A stretch of 51,173 nt of DNA from Flavobacteriaceae bacterium. Its GTDB lineage: Bacteria > Bacteroidota > Bacteroidia > Flavobacteriales > Flavobacteriaceae. The stretch's first letter is position 1, and each line of letters opens with the position of its first letter. Below the pieces are notes generated by a model. The model did not search any database. It was given only the letters and a program-made list of their open reading frames with translations, and was not told the DNA's origin. The position numbers and the translations under genes were made by a program. Shown here piece by piece: positions 1 to 8,570 of the stretch. Where the stretch lies: positions 1 to 51,173 of the forward strand of contig JAOZTK010000002.1 in NCBI GenBank assembly GCA_029942185.1, written 5' to 3'.

Positions 1-28
1 TAGTTTTTCACCAAACATTACTTTAATT

Positions 29-913
29 ATGAAAATATTAAAAATTAGTTTTCTTTTTATCTTCCTTTTTGTAGGTTTTCAGAATTTACAAGCTCAAGTG
101 GAAGAAAATTTAAAATACGTAAAGATAGAAACGAGTGATGGTAATGAGTTTGTCGGCACAATTAGTAGTGAAGATGCGGAAAAACTAGTGCTGAAAACAG
201 ACAAATTAGGTGAAATCAGTATTTCTAAAAGTGATATAAAATCACAAAAAGTAATTAAAGTTTCACAAATTAAAGATGGAAAATTGTGGTTTGATAACCC
301 TCAAGCAACTCGTTATTTTTGGGCACCCAATGGATATGGTCTAAAAAAAGGAGAGTATAATTATCAGAATATTGATGTGTTATGGAATCAACTTTCTTAC
401 GGGATTACTGATAATATCTCTATTGGTGGAGGAGTTATACCCATGTTTTTCTTTGGTGGAGCACCCACTCCGATCTTTATAACTCCAAAGTTTTCAATTC
501 CCATTATAAAAGATAAATTTAATGTAGGTGGTGGAGCACTCATAGGGGCCATTTTAGGTGATGGTGATGATATTGGTGGTTTCGGTATTGTATATGCACT
601 TTCTACTATTGGAAACCGTGACAGCAATATTAGCGTCAGTCTAGGGTATGGTTATGTAGATGGTGAATGGGCAGAGTCTCCTTTGGTAAATATTAGTGGA
701 CTGCATAGAGTTTCAAGCCGTTTCTATCTTCTTTCTGAAAACTATTACATAAAAATCGATGATGAAGCTTTGGCAATTATCAGTTTTGGTGGGAGATGGA
801 TGATTAAAAAAGCAGCCCTCGATTTTATATTGGCAGCACCTATTGCTTCAGGAATGGATGAAATTATTGTGTTTCCTTCAATTGGTTTTACCATACCTTT
901 TGGAAATTATTAA
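29..913 (+). CDS. hypothetical secreted / outer-membrane protein
   Basis: 294-aa ORF. N-terminal signal peptide (MKILKISFLFIFLFVGFQNLQA/Q). Gly-rich alternating segments and a C-terminal aromatic end (...IPFGNY) as in beta-barrel OMPs. No family recognised. Confidence 0.6.
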   Translation: MKILKISFLFIFLFVGFQNLQAQVEENLKYVKIETSDGNEFVGTISSEDAEKLVLKTDKLGEISISKSDIKSQKVIKVSQIKDGKLWFDNPQATRYFWAPNGYGLKKGEYNYQNIDVLWNQLSYGITDNISIGGGVIPMFFFGGAPTPIFITPKFSIPIIKDKFNVGGGALIGAILGDGDDIGGFGIVYALSTIGNRDSNISVSLGYGYVDGEWAESPLVNISGLHRVSSRFYLLSENYYIKIDDEALAIISFGGRWMIKKAALDFILAAPIASGMDEIIVFPSIGFTIPFGNY

Positions 914-960
914 CGGAACCATTTTAAATCATCTTTGGTAAAAGTCCATTCAGGAGTAAT
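909..960 (+). repeat. direct repeat A, copy 1 (52 bp, 39-bp exact core)
   Basis: TTTTAAATCATCTTTGGTAAAAGTCCATTCAGGAGTAAT is identical at 922..960 and 2001..2039. The 13 nt before each copy match at 9 of 13 positions. The offset between copies is 1079 bp. Confidence 0.9.
910..960 (-). pseudogene. relic 3' end of a DUF4846-type gene (16 codons plus stop)
   Basis: The minus strand reads ITPEWTFTKDDLKWFR*. The intact gene at 1989..2852 ends ITPEWTFTKDDLKRFH*. A 39-nt exact DNA match sits at 922..960 and 2001..2039. An in-frame TAG lies just upstream of the relic. Confidence 0.55.
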
Positions 961-1006
961 AAGATTGGCATACTATGGATATATTTTGTTTATTTTTCAG
1001 GGTTTT

Positions 1007-1030
1007 GGTGTAAACCTATTTCAGGACAAG
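1007..1030 (+). repeat. direct repeat B, copy 1 (24 bp exact)
   Basis: GGTGTAAACCTATTTCAGGACAAG is identical at 1007..1030 and 1960..1983. Confidence 0.9.
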
Positions 1031-1147
1031 ACACTAGATAAAAATACTATTTTTTTACTTTACCACACGAAAGGATGCGTACGGTAGTGGGATGACTCAA
1101 AGTTAAAAACTTTGCATAACCTGTGGGTTATATACCTTGCGCAGCGG

Positions 1148-1179
1148 GGTACAGTTCTTTGTTGTACTTTCGTTTTTTT
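1148..1179 (+). terminator. hairpin plus T-run, plus-strand intrinsic terminator candidate
   Basis: ggtacag/ttgtact stem (about 6 bp including G.U pairs) followed by tttcgttttttt. It abuts the toxin stop codon from the convergent side. Confidence 0.4.
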
Positions 1180-1477
1180 ATAATTCGGCATCTAATTTAT
1201 TAGGATTCTGACGTGTATCAAAAAATGTAATAATTTCAATTTCTTTTTCTATGTTGATTCTATAGAAAAATGTTGTTTGTTTTGTCAATATACACTTATA
1301 CAATCCAGTTCGTTTTTCTGATTTAGGACAACTCTCAGGAAAAATGAATATTTGTTTAAACTTAGCTCTAAGATTAATTATAAAATCATCTTTTGTTTTT
1401 TCACTCCATTTTTCAAGTAAATAGGCTAAAAGTATATCAAGCTTATATTCAGCTTGTTTGGATAGAAAAACTTTCAT
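1178..1477 (-). CDS. type II toxin-antitoxin system toxin, RelE/ParE family
   Basis: 99 aa. The size and sequence pattern (FYRINIEKEIEIITFFDTRQNP near the C-terminus) are typical of Bacteroidota ParE-like toxins. Its ATG directly follows the stop of the upstream small ORF (TAAATG junction). Confidence 0.75.
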   Translation of the reverse strand: MKVFLSKQAEYKLDILLAYLLEKWSEKTKDDFIINLRAKFKQIFIFPESCPKSEKRTGLYKCILTKQTTFFYRINIEKEIEIITFFDTRQNPNKLDAEL

Positions 1478-1696
1478 TTAAGATGTTTTTTTCAAATAAT
1501 CATCAAATAATACTCTTTCCCCGTTATCTAATTCTTTAATTCCTTTGTCTATCTCCTTTTGTTCAGATAAAGATAGTTCATCCCAAAAATCTTTTTTTTC
1601 TCTTATAACAAAGGCTTTCAATTTTTCAACAAATTCAGCACTCTCAATACTTAAAATAAGTTTTGCAAGTTCAATTTTTGATGTTTGTAAGTCCAT
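1478..1696 (-). CDS. putative antitoxin partner of the ParE/RelE-like toxin
   Basis: 72-aa acidic helical ORF immediately upstream of the toxin, abutting it stop-to-start in antitoxin-first order. Family not recognised. Confidence 0.65.
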   Translation of the reverse strand: MDLQTSKIELAKLILSIESAEFVEKLKAFVIREKKDFWDELSLSEQKEIDKGIKELDNGERVLFDDYLKKTS

Positions 1697-1712
1697 AATT
1701 TATTATTTTAGT

Positions 1713-1720
1713 CAAAGATA
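1713..1720 (-). promoter_or_regulatory. Bacteroidota -7 box (TAtcTTTG) for the TA operon
   Basis: Exact TAnnTTTG on the minus strand, 16 nt upstream of the antitoxin ATG. A small inverted repeat TTTTC-tct-GAAAA (1724..1736) lies just upstream and could be an operator. Confidence 0.4.
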
Positions 1721-1959
1721 CATTTTTCTCTGAAAAGCAATTTCCATATTGACAAACTTAGTGTTTTTTTAACTTTTTTTAGAAAAAAGTAAGGCAAAAC
1801 GTTAAGAACATGTCCAGTGTACATTTTTAGTGCATGAGCCAGAATGTCGCGTTGGATAAAATCTCACCTGCATGATGCTTCTTTGCTCAGAAAATGAATA
1901 AAAGTAAAGGATTTTTTTCTTTTTGTGGTTGTGCTAAGTCAGGGCACTTCGCCTTTAGA

Positions 1960-1983
1960 GGTGTAAACCTATTTCAGGACAAG
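1960..1983 (+). repeat. direct repeat B, copy 2
   Basis: Identical 24-mer to 1007..1030. It lies 4 nt from repeat A copy 2. Confidence 0.9.
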
Positions 1984-1987
1984 TTCC

Positions 1988-2039
1988 ATTAATGAAAGCG
2001 TTTTAAATCATCTTTGGTAAAAGTCCATTCAGGAGTAAT
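1988..2039 (+). repeat. direct repeat A, copy 2 (covers the 3' end of the intact DUF4846-like gene)
   Basis: See 909..960. Confidence 0.9.
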
Positions 2040-2852
2040 TAGTTGTTCTAGTTTCTGAGTAGCATACCATGGACTTAATTTTCTGTCGTTTGGATTAGTA
2101 AGTATGTGAATATCTTGTGCCGGCATATAACTTTGTGCGAGCATAAATATTTTATTTCCGTTTTTATCAACAGCCATATCAACTACAATAATGGCATGAC
2201 CGGGACTGCCACCTTGAATAAAAATGTCGCCTATTTCAAGCTTGTTTAATTGCCGAGAAGGAAGCTCTTTTTCTAATGACAAAGTTCCTGCATAGCTAAA
2301 TACCATCACCAGATATTTACGAAATGATTTGTAGGAAACCGAAGGAGAATTTGTTTTGATCCAATTGACCTTATTTCCTTGAACTCTGATTCGATAAGCT
2401 TTTCTCCACTTTGAATAGGTCGCTTTAAACCCATTGGTAAAATTAAAACTGATTTTATCATATTCTTTTTGTCCGTATAAATATTCAGCCCGAAGTCGCA
2501 TGGTGGCGTCAGCACATTGTTGTAAATCACGATTCCCCACATCTATATCCAAAATAGCAGCATGTACATCTTGGCGGTACTTTAAATCTCCGTTGTATAA
2601 ATGTACTTCAGAACCATGTGGTTTAAGAGGAAAGTTTTGCAGATAATGAGCAAAAGTGTTTTTGTTAGTTTGTATTCTTGTAAATTCTTCAGGTGGATTA
2701 AAACGAGTTTTTATAGTTGTTCCGTTTTTATTAATAAGACTTTGCTGCAAATTCTTCGTTGTAATAACAGTTTGAGTATCCACTTTTTTTTTGGAATCTT
2801 GACAAGAAAGAAAAAGAGTAAAACTAAAAACTATATATAAAAGATAACTCAT
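1989..2852 (-). CDS. DUF4846-like secreted lipoprotein (function unknown)
   Basis: The ORF track starts at 2927, but the internal ATG at 2852 gives a lipoprotein signal (MSYLLYIVFSFTLFLSC/QD) and removes the overlap with psuG. The family name is from memory of ...GGSPGHAIIVVDMA...-type Bacteroidota proteins and is tentative. Confidence 0.6.
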   Translation of the reverse strand: MSYLLYIVFSFTLFLSCQDSKKKVDTQTVITTKNLQQSLINKNGTTIKTRFNPPEEFTRIQTNKNTFAHYLQNFPLKPHGSEVHLYNGDLKYRQDVHAAILDIDVGNRDLQQCADATMRLRAEYLYGQKEYDKISFNFTNGFKATYSKWRKAYRIRVQGNKVNWIKTNSPSVSYKSFRKYLVMVFSYAGTLSLEKELPSRQLNKLEIGDIFIQGGSPGHAIIVVDMAVDKNGNKIFMLAQSYMPAQDIHILTNPNDRKLSPWYATQKLEQLITPEWTFTKDDLKRFH

Positions 2853-2907
2853 ATATATACAACGTTTAAAACAATAATTATTTGTTAAGTAGCATGTTAA
2901 ATAAAAG

Positions 2908-3828
2908 CTAATGATAGGTTTTAACATATGCTACGGCAATTTTAGCGGCCAAAATCACATTATTCCGAACCAGTTCAATATTTGATATTAAACTTCTCCC
3001 TCGTGTTAATTCTTTGACTTTTGCAAGTAAAAATGGGGTGCTTTCTTTGCCTTTTATGCCGAGTTTGTTTTGCTCTAATATAGCCTTGTCAATTGCGTCG
3101 GTCATAAGATTAAAATCTAAGGAACTTTCTTTTGGAATAGGGTTGGTGATAACGACACCACCGGCGATGCCTAAATCCCATTTTGCTTTTAAAAGTGTTG
3201 CAATCTCTTGTGGATTTTGCAAGTTATAATCCACTTTAAAACCACTTTTACGCGTATAAAATGCTGGTAATTCATCGGTTTGATATCCCAATATGGGGAC
3301 GCCGAGCGTTTCAAGATATTCTAAGGTTAATTCTAGGTCTAATATTGCTTTTATTCCTGCACAGACCACCGCTACATTGGTTTTGGCTAATTCTTGCAGG
3401 TCTGCTGAAATGTCAAATGTTTTAGAAGCACCTCTGTGAACACCGCCAATTCCACCGGTTGCAAAAATGGCAATACCTGCTTTTTCAGCTGCAATCATCG
3501 TGGCAGCAACAGTTGTAGCTCCGGTTAACTTTTGCGCTAACACATAAGGGATATCTCTTCGGCTGGTTTTAATAACTTTTGTTCCTTCTTTGGCTAAAAA
3601 AGTGAGTTCATCTTGGGTTAATCCTACCTTGATTTTTCCATCAATTAGAGCAATCGTAGCCGGTATTGCTCCATGCTTTCTCACTTCAGATTCCAGTAGA
3701 AATGCGGTTTCCAAATTTTTAGGATAGGGCATACCGTGTGAAATAATGGTAGATTCAAGTGCTACAACAGCTTCTTTGTTGTCAAGTGCTTTTTGTACTT
3801 CCGGAAGTATGTCTAAGTAGGGATTCAT
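2908..3828 (-). CDS. psuG: pseudouridine-5'-phosphate glycosidase
   Basis: 306 aa. N-terminal VVALESTIISHGMPYPKN motif and overall YeiN/PsuG pattern. Confidence 0.9.
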   Translation of the reverse strand: MNPYLDILPEVQKALDNKEAVVALESTIISHGMPYPKNLETAFLLESEVRKHGAIPATIALIDGKIKVGLTQDELTFLAKEGTKVIKTSRRDIPYVLAQKLTGATTVAATMIAAEKAGIAIFATGGIGGVHRGASKTFDISADLQELAKTNVAVVCAGIKAILDLELTLEYLETLGVPILGYQTDELPAFYTRKSGFKVDYNLQNPQEIATLLKAKWDLGIAGGVVITNPIPKESSLDFNLMTDAIDKAILEQNKLGIKGKESTPFLLAKVKELTRGRSLISNIELVRNNVILAAKIAVAYVKTYH

Positions 3829-3880
3829 TGTTTTTGTTGTTGCTTCTGTTTTTTTATGCTTACTAACAATCTACTATTAA

Positions 3881-4807
3881 TTAGAGATTACTGATTACTT
3901 CCTCAAGATTTGCGACATTCATTTTAGGAGAAACGGCTCCATCATACTGAACATTTATACTTGCACTTGCCATACCGTATAAGGCCATTTTATGAATATC
4001 CAATCCTAAAGAATCAGCATAGACAATACCTGAAACAAATGAATCACCGGCTCCTATCGTATTCATAATATTTGAAGGTATCGGTCCTCTTTGCGCAATA
4101 AGCTGCTTATTGCCATAAATAACACCTTCTTTTCCTGTGGTAATAAAAACATTTTTCACTCCTAAATCTATAAAATAGGCAACTAACTTTTCTTTACTTT
4201 TTGTGTTGTTTGGATCAATTCCTGATAACATTTGAGCTTCTAATAAATTGGTCTTTAGAATGTAAAGATGCGGTAAAATAGGTCTTGAACGCAATGCTTT
4301 TTTCCCTGAAACTGTGTCTAAAACAAATTTTGTATGTGTTATATGATTTACTAGCAATTCGAGTATATCAGTAGGAAAATTTGTCTCGAGTACAGTATAA
4401 TCCGTTTTTGCTAATTCAGATATCTTTTTACGTATGGAGTCAATATCAATATTTTTGTAAATGTCCATAGCCGAAATCCCTAAAGCTAAGTCGTTATTAC
4501 TATCCATTATAGCTAAAAATGTAGCTGCTGAAGCCTTTTTTAGAAACAGACTATTCTTAATTTTTAGCCCTAAATCTTTGCATGATTTTATAAGATAGTC
4601 ACTCAAGGGATCGTCACCAAAAATGCTAATTAGATTTACCTTAAAGTTCAAACGGAATAAGTTTTCAGCAATATTGCGCCCTACACCTCCCGGAGTTGTA
4701 ATTGTATGTCCGATATTGGCATCGCCATAAATCAATTTTTTCTCGGTAAAACCGGTAATATCAACATTTGAAGCCCCAAAAACATTTATTGTCTTGTCAG
4801 TTTTCAC
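3881..4807 (-). CDS. psuK: PfkB-family carbohydrate kinase, probable pseudouridine kinase
   Basis: 308 aa. C-terminal PfkB signature NTIGAGDSFVSG. It lies directly upstream of psuG in the same orientation, matching the YeiC/YeiN arrangement. Confidence 0.7.
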   Translation of the reverse strand: MKTDKTINVFGASNVDITGFTEKKLIYGDANIGHTITTPGGVGRNIAENLFRLNFKVNLISIFGDDPLSDYLIKSCKDLGLKIKNSLFLKKASAATFLAIMDSNNDLALGISAMDIYKNIDIDSIRKKISELAKTDYTVLETNFPTDILELLVNHITHTKFVLDTVSGKKALRSRPILPHLYILKTNLLEAQMLSGIDPNNTKSKEKLVAYFIDLGVKNVFITTGKEGVIYGNKQLIAQRGPIPSNIMNTIGAGDSFVSGIVYADSLGLDIHKMALYGMASASINVQYDGAVSPKMNVANLEEVISNL

Positions 4808-4860
4808 ACTATCTAAAATTTTGATAAATTTACAAGATATTCAGAAGCTAAATACATATA

Positions 4861-5667
4861 ATGTTAAAATTCCAAAAAATATTTTCAGTTACCCATCCTG
4901 TCATTGGGATGATTCATATACAAGCCTTACCTGGAACGCCAAATTATAAAGATGCTATTAGCACTATTATTGATAAAGCTGTTGAGGAAGCTTATATTTA
5001 CAAAAAAGCAGGTATTGATGCATTGATGCTAGAAAATATGCATGATGTTCCTTATCAAAAGAATAAAGTAGGACCTGAAATTACTAGTATAATGGCAGTC
5101 ATCGCCGATTCTATTAAACGAGAAACGGGTCTACCAATGGGTATTCAAATATTAGCAGGAGCCAATAAAGAAGCATTGGCAGTTGCAAAAACTGCTCAGT
5201 TGGATTTTATTCGAGCTGAAGGTTTTGTTTTTGGTCATGTGGCTGATGAAGGCTATATAGATAGTCAGGCTGCTGAACTATTGCGTTACAGAAAACAAAT
5301 TGATGCTGAAAATATAGCCGTGTTTACAGATATTAAGAAAAAACACAGTTCACACGCTTTGACAGCAGATGTGAATATAGTAGAGACAGCACACGCCGCT
5401 GCATTTTTTCTGTCGGATGGAATAATTCTCACTGGTGAACGAACAGGTTCCGAGGCAAATAGTAAAGACATAAATTTAGTAAAATCAGAAGTTGATATCC
5501 CCGTTATTATAGGTTCCGGAGTTACCTTAGAAAACGTGGCAAGTTTTCTTCCAATATCAGATGCCTTAATCGTCGGGTCTTACTTTAAGAAAGATGCTTT
5601 TTGGAAAAATGAATTGGAAGCAGAAAGAGTTGAGCACTTTATGAGTAAGGTAAATCAGATGCGGTAG
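4861..5667 (+). CDS. BtpA/SgcQ family TIM-barrel protein
   Basis: 268 aa. N-terminal VIGMIHIQALPGTPNY and ...IRAEGFVF... match the BtpA/SgcQ family pattern. Divergent from psuK. Confidence 0.75.
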   Translation: MLKFQKIFSVTHPVIGMIHIQALPGTPNYKDAISTIIDKAVEEAYIYKKAGIDALMLENMHDVPYQKNKVGPEITSIMAVIADSIKRETGLPMGIQILAGANKEALAVAKTAQLDFIRAEGFVFGHVADEGYIDSQAAELLRYRKQIDAENIAVFTDIKKKHSSHALTADVNIVETAHAAAFFLSDGIILTGERTGSEANSKDINLVKSEVDIPVIIGSGVTLENVASFLPISDALIVGSYFKKDAFWKNELEAERVEHFMSKVNQMR

Positions 5668-5772
5668 AAGTATTCCTTTTTTATATTGTTTGAACAAAAT
5701 CACATTTACGTGGCTTTCTCAAACCTTTTTACTATTTTATAGCTTCTTTAAATAAAAAAGAGTTTATTATTT

Positions 5773-5780
5773 TATCTTTG
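5773..5780 (+). promoter_or_regulatory. -7 box TAtcTTTG upstream of the S8 peptidase gene
   Basis: Exact TAnnTTTG, 57 nt upstream of the ATG at 5838. The motif alone is common in AT-rich DNA. Confidence 0.3.
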
Positions 5781-5837
5781 TGTCCTGATATAACTCCAAC
5801 ATAGGTTTACACATTTATTTATTCACATTTTTTACTC

Positions 5838-8570
5838 ATGAAAATTTATAAGTTTTTTTTTACAACAATACTTCTTTTGTTTGTTTCTATTTTTTATGCA
5901 CAACAATCGAATAAAACCACAAGAGTTTTAGCTGAAAGCATTGCTAATAAAGGAGTGAATAAAGAGTACACAGTGTGGATTTTCTTTAAAGATAAAGGCG
6001 CTAATCTCGCTCAAAAATTACTTACAGCAAAACAAACACTCAATCCTCGCTCTAAAGAAAGAAGAAAAAAATTATTAAAAAACAAACCTTTAGTGAGTTT
6101 TTATGATGTCCCTGTTTTGGACACCTATATCAATGCAGTATCTCCTTTTCTTGTTAAATTTCGACATCAATCAAAATGGTTAAATGCTATTTCTGCGGAA
6201 GTGAATGGAATGCAATTAAAGGAAATAGCGAATTTAGATTTTGTAAAATCTATTGATATTGTAAGAAAAAGAAAATATGACGAAGAATTGGTAGACAATA
6301 AAACCAAATCAAAAGCTACAAAAAACACTACTTACAATTTGGATTACGGTTCTTCATTAACTCAATTAGAACAAATAAATGTACCTGTTGTTCATGATAT
6401 GGGTTATAGTGGCAATGGAATTATTATCTGTGTATTAGATGCCGGTTTTAATAATTTGGAACACCAATCTTTTGACACTATGACTATTTTAGATGCTTAT
6501 GATTTTGTCAATGATGATCCCAATGTAGATGACGAAGGTGATATGGGAACAGGAAATCATGGAACCATGACTTTAAGCACTATAGGAGGTTTTTATGAAG
6601 GGCAATTAATAGGACCGGCTTATGGAGCTACCTATCTTTTAGCTAAAACAGAAAATACGGATTCAGAAACACAAGTGGAAGAAGATAATTGGGTAGCAGG
6701 TGCCGAATGGGCAGAAGCTTTGGGTGCAGCAATTACCTCAACCTCTTTAGGTTATATTGATTATGATGATGGAACGGGTTATGATGCATCAGAATTAGAT
6801 GGAAATACAGCAATAATAACGATTGCAGCCGATATCATGGCAAGTCTTGGTGTATTGGTAGTGAATTCAGCCGGGAATGAAGGTAATGGAGTTACTACAA
6901 TTGGTGCTCCGGCAGATGGTGATGAAGTCTTGGCAGTAGGTGCAGTTTATTCCGATGATACTCGAACCGGTTTTAGTTCAGTGGGGCCAACCGGAGATGG
7001 CAGGATTAAACCCGAAGTAATGGCTATGGGCTCGGGAGTTGTGGTTGCCAGTACTTCAGGAAATAATTATACAACGGCTAGTGGAACTTCGTTTTCATGC
7101 CCTTTGACAGCAGGTGCTGCCGCACTTTTATGGGAAATGGTACCGGATGCCAGTAATATGGAAATTTTTGAAGCCTTAAAAATGTCTGCGAGTAATGCCG
7201 CTACTCCAAATAATGAATACGGTTGGGGAATAATTGACATCTATGCCGCCTATCAGTATTTGGCATTACCGCATATTGAGTCTGTCCCTTTAAATGATTC
7301 GGAAGATTTTACAGGTCCTTATGTCGTTGAAGCTAAAGTAACCAGCAATTATGGTCTAGTCACAGATTCACCAAAACTTTTCTACAGAATAGATGCCGGG
7401 ATATGGTTGAGTAGTAATATGAATCCTTCAGGAGACGATATTTATACCGCTGCTATTCCTGGACATGGCTCCCTTGCTACTTACGATTATTATATCACTG
7501 CTGAAAATAGTAATGCTTTGGTTAGTTTACCCGAAAATGCACCTACTGATTATTTTAGTTTTTCGACGATTGTAGATACAGAAGCACCACAAATAATCCA
7601 TAATGTAATTGCTGAATATTATAAAAATCTTTGGGGTTACGCAACGGTTATAGCAGCATTAAGCGATAATCTAGGGATTGATATTGCAAATAGTAGGGTA
7701 GATTGGAAAATTAATGGAACTACACAAGCTGAGGTTTATTTTGTAAATACAGAAGGAAATAAGTATTCAGCTAGTTTCCCATATATCGATTTATCCGTAG
7801 GGGATTTGATAGAATATAGACTTCTAATACAAGACATATCAAATGCCCAAAACACATCTTCTTTCCCCACAAGTGGATATCAGAGTTTTAATATTATAAA
7901 CCAAATCGGCTTTGAGCAAAATCAATTTAGCCATAACTGGAATTTTATGGGAAATGCAGATTGGTTTGTAAGTGCAATTGAATCACAAGAAGGCTCTTAT
8001 TCTTCTCAGGCCGGAGCAATTGTAGATAGTCAAAAATCAACGATTTCTATTGATATTAGTTGCGATGAAGTAGGTATTTTGTCCTTTTATAAAAAAGTTT
8101 CTAGTGAGGAAAATTACGATTATTTAAAGTTCTACATCAATGGTAGTTTAGAAGATGAGTGGTCCGGAGAAAAAGTTTGGTCAGAAGAAACCTATACACT
8201 TGCTATAGGTTCTTACAACTTAAAATGGGAGTATTATAAAGATGGAAGTATTTCTAATGGTAGCGATACCGCCTGGATTGATGCTATTACTTTTCCAGGA
8301 AGTGCTTCTGTGGGCATAGCGGATATTATGGCTGCTTCCATTACAATATATCCAAATCCGGCTCAAAATGAATTTTATCTGAATCTGCAAAATGATAGCT
8401 ATTCCAATACGATAATTATCTATGACCAAACCGGTAAGATTATTAAAAAAATCAGCTCCTATCAAAATAAAGCTCCAATTGATCTTTCTAGCCTAAGAAA
8501 TGGAATATATATCTGTAAGATTAAAACAGATAACGCAGTCCGTTTTGCTAAATTAATTATTGAAAAATAA
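5838..8570 (+). CDS. S8 (subtilisin-family) serine peptidase with T9SS C-terminal sorting domain
   Basis: 910 aa with a signal peptide. Catalytic triad contexts are VLDAGF (Asp), GNHGTMT (His) and SGTSFSCP (Ser). There are extra beta-sandwich-like regions, and the C-terminal ~75 aa look like a T9SS CTD. Confidence 0.9.
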   Translation: MKIYKFFFTTILLLFVSIFYAQQSNKTTRVLAESIANKGVNKEYTVWIFFKDKGANLAQKLLTAKQTLNPRSKERRKKLLKNKPLVSFYDVPVLDTYINAVSPFLVKFRHQSKWLNAISAEVNGMQLKEIANLDFVKSIDIVRKRKYDEELVDNKTKSKATKNTTYNLDYGSSLTQLEQINVPVVHDMGYSGNGIIICVLDAGFNNLEHQSFDTMTILDAYDFVNDDPNVDDEGDMGTGNHGTMTLSTIGGFYEGQLIGPAYGATYLLAKTENTDSETQVEEDNWVAGAEWAEALGAAITSTSLGYIDYDDGTGYDASELDGNTAIITIAADIMASLGVLVVNSAGNEGNGVTTIGAPADGDEVLAVGAVYSDDTRTGFSSVGPTGDGRIKPEVMAMGSGVVVASTSGNNYTTASGTSFSCPLTAGAAALLWEMVPDASNMEIFEALKMSASNAATPNNEYGWGIIDIYAAYQYLALPHIESVPLNDSEDFTGPYVVEAKVTSNYGLVTDSPKLFYRIDAGIWLSSNMNPSGDDIYTAAIPGHGSLATYDYYITAENSNALVSLPENAPTDYFSFSTIVDTEAPQIIHNVIAEYYKNLWGYATVIAALSDNLGIDIANSRVDWKINGTTQAEVYFVNTEGNKYSASFPYIDLSVGDLIEYRLLIQDISNAQNTSSFPTSGYQSFNIINQIGFEQNQFSHNWNFMGNADWFVSAIESQEGSYSSQAGAIVDSQKSTISIDISCDEVGILSFYKKVSSEENYDYLKFYINGSLEDEWSGEKVWSEETYTLAIGSYNLKWEYYKDGSISNGSDTAWIDAITFPGSASVGIADIMAASITIYPNPAQNEFYLNLQNDSYSNTIIIYDQTGKIIKKISSYQNKAPIDLSSLRNGIYICKIKTDNAVRFAKLIIEK
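8340..8567 (+). other. T9SS type-A C-terminal sorting domain of the peptidase
   Basis: ITIYPNPAQNEFYLNL...GIYICKIKTDN...KLIIEK is the classic por secretion tail pattern. Confidence 0.7.

Noticed and set aside
397-627. 76-aa minus-strand ORF inside the gene at 29..913. The same class includes 2306..2840, 3014..3229, 5286..5471, 8220..8465, 9762..10013, 10385..10609, 11124..11333, 11562..11771, 11935..12162, 14846..15043, 15440..15709, 20229..20435, 20874..21119, 21251..21451, 21940..22152, 24890..25105, 25998..26198, 26835..27023, 27270..27482, 28604..28789, 31035..31295, 34257..34439, 35632..35877, 37714..38402, 39021..39542, 40328..40516, 40766..40954, 41862..42080, 44323..44577, 45616..45813, 47410..47598 and 48574..48804
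   Set aside because: All are short and nested within, or overlap, longer ORFs that carry recognisable family motifs. There is no independent evidence for any of them.
909-2039. The idea that the TA cassette is an integron gene cassette with attC sites
   Set aside because: The flanking repeats are direct, not the imperfect inverted R''/L''-L'/R' structure of attC. I saw no GTTRRRY core pair at the boundaries. No integron integrase is present in the window.
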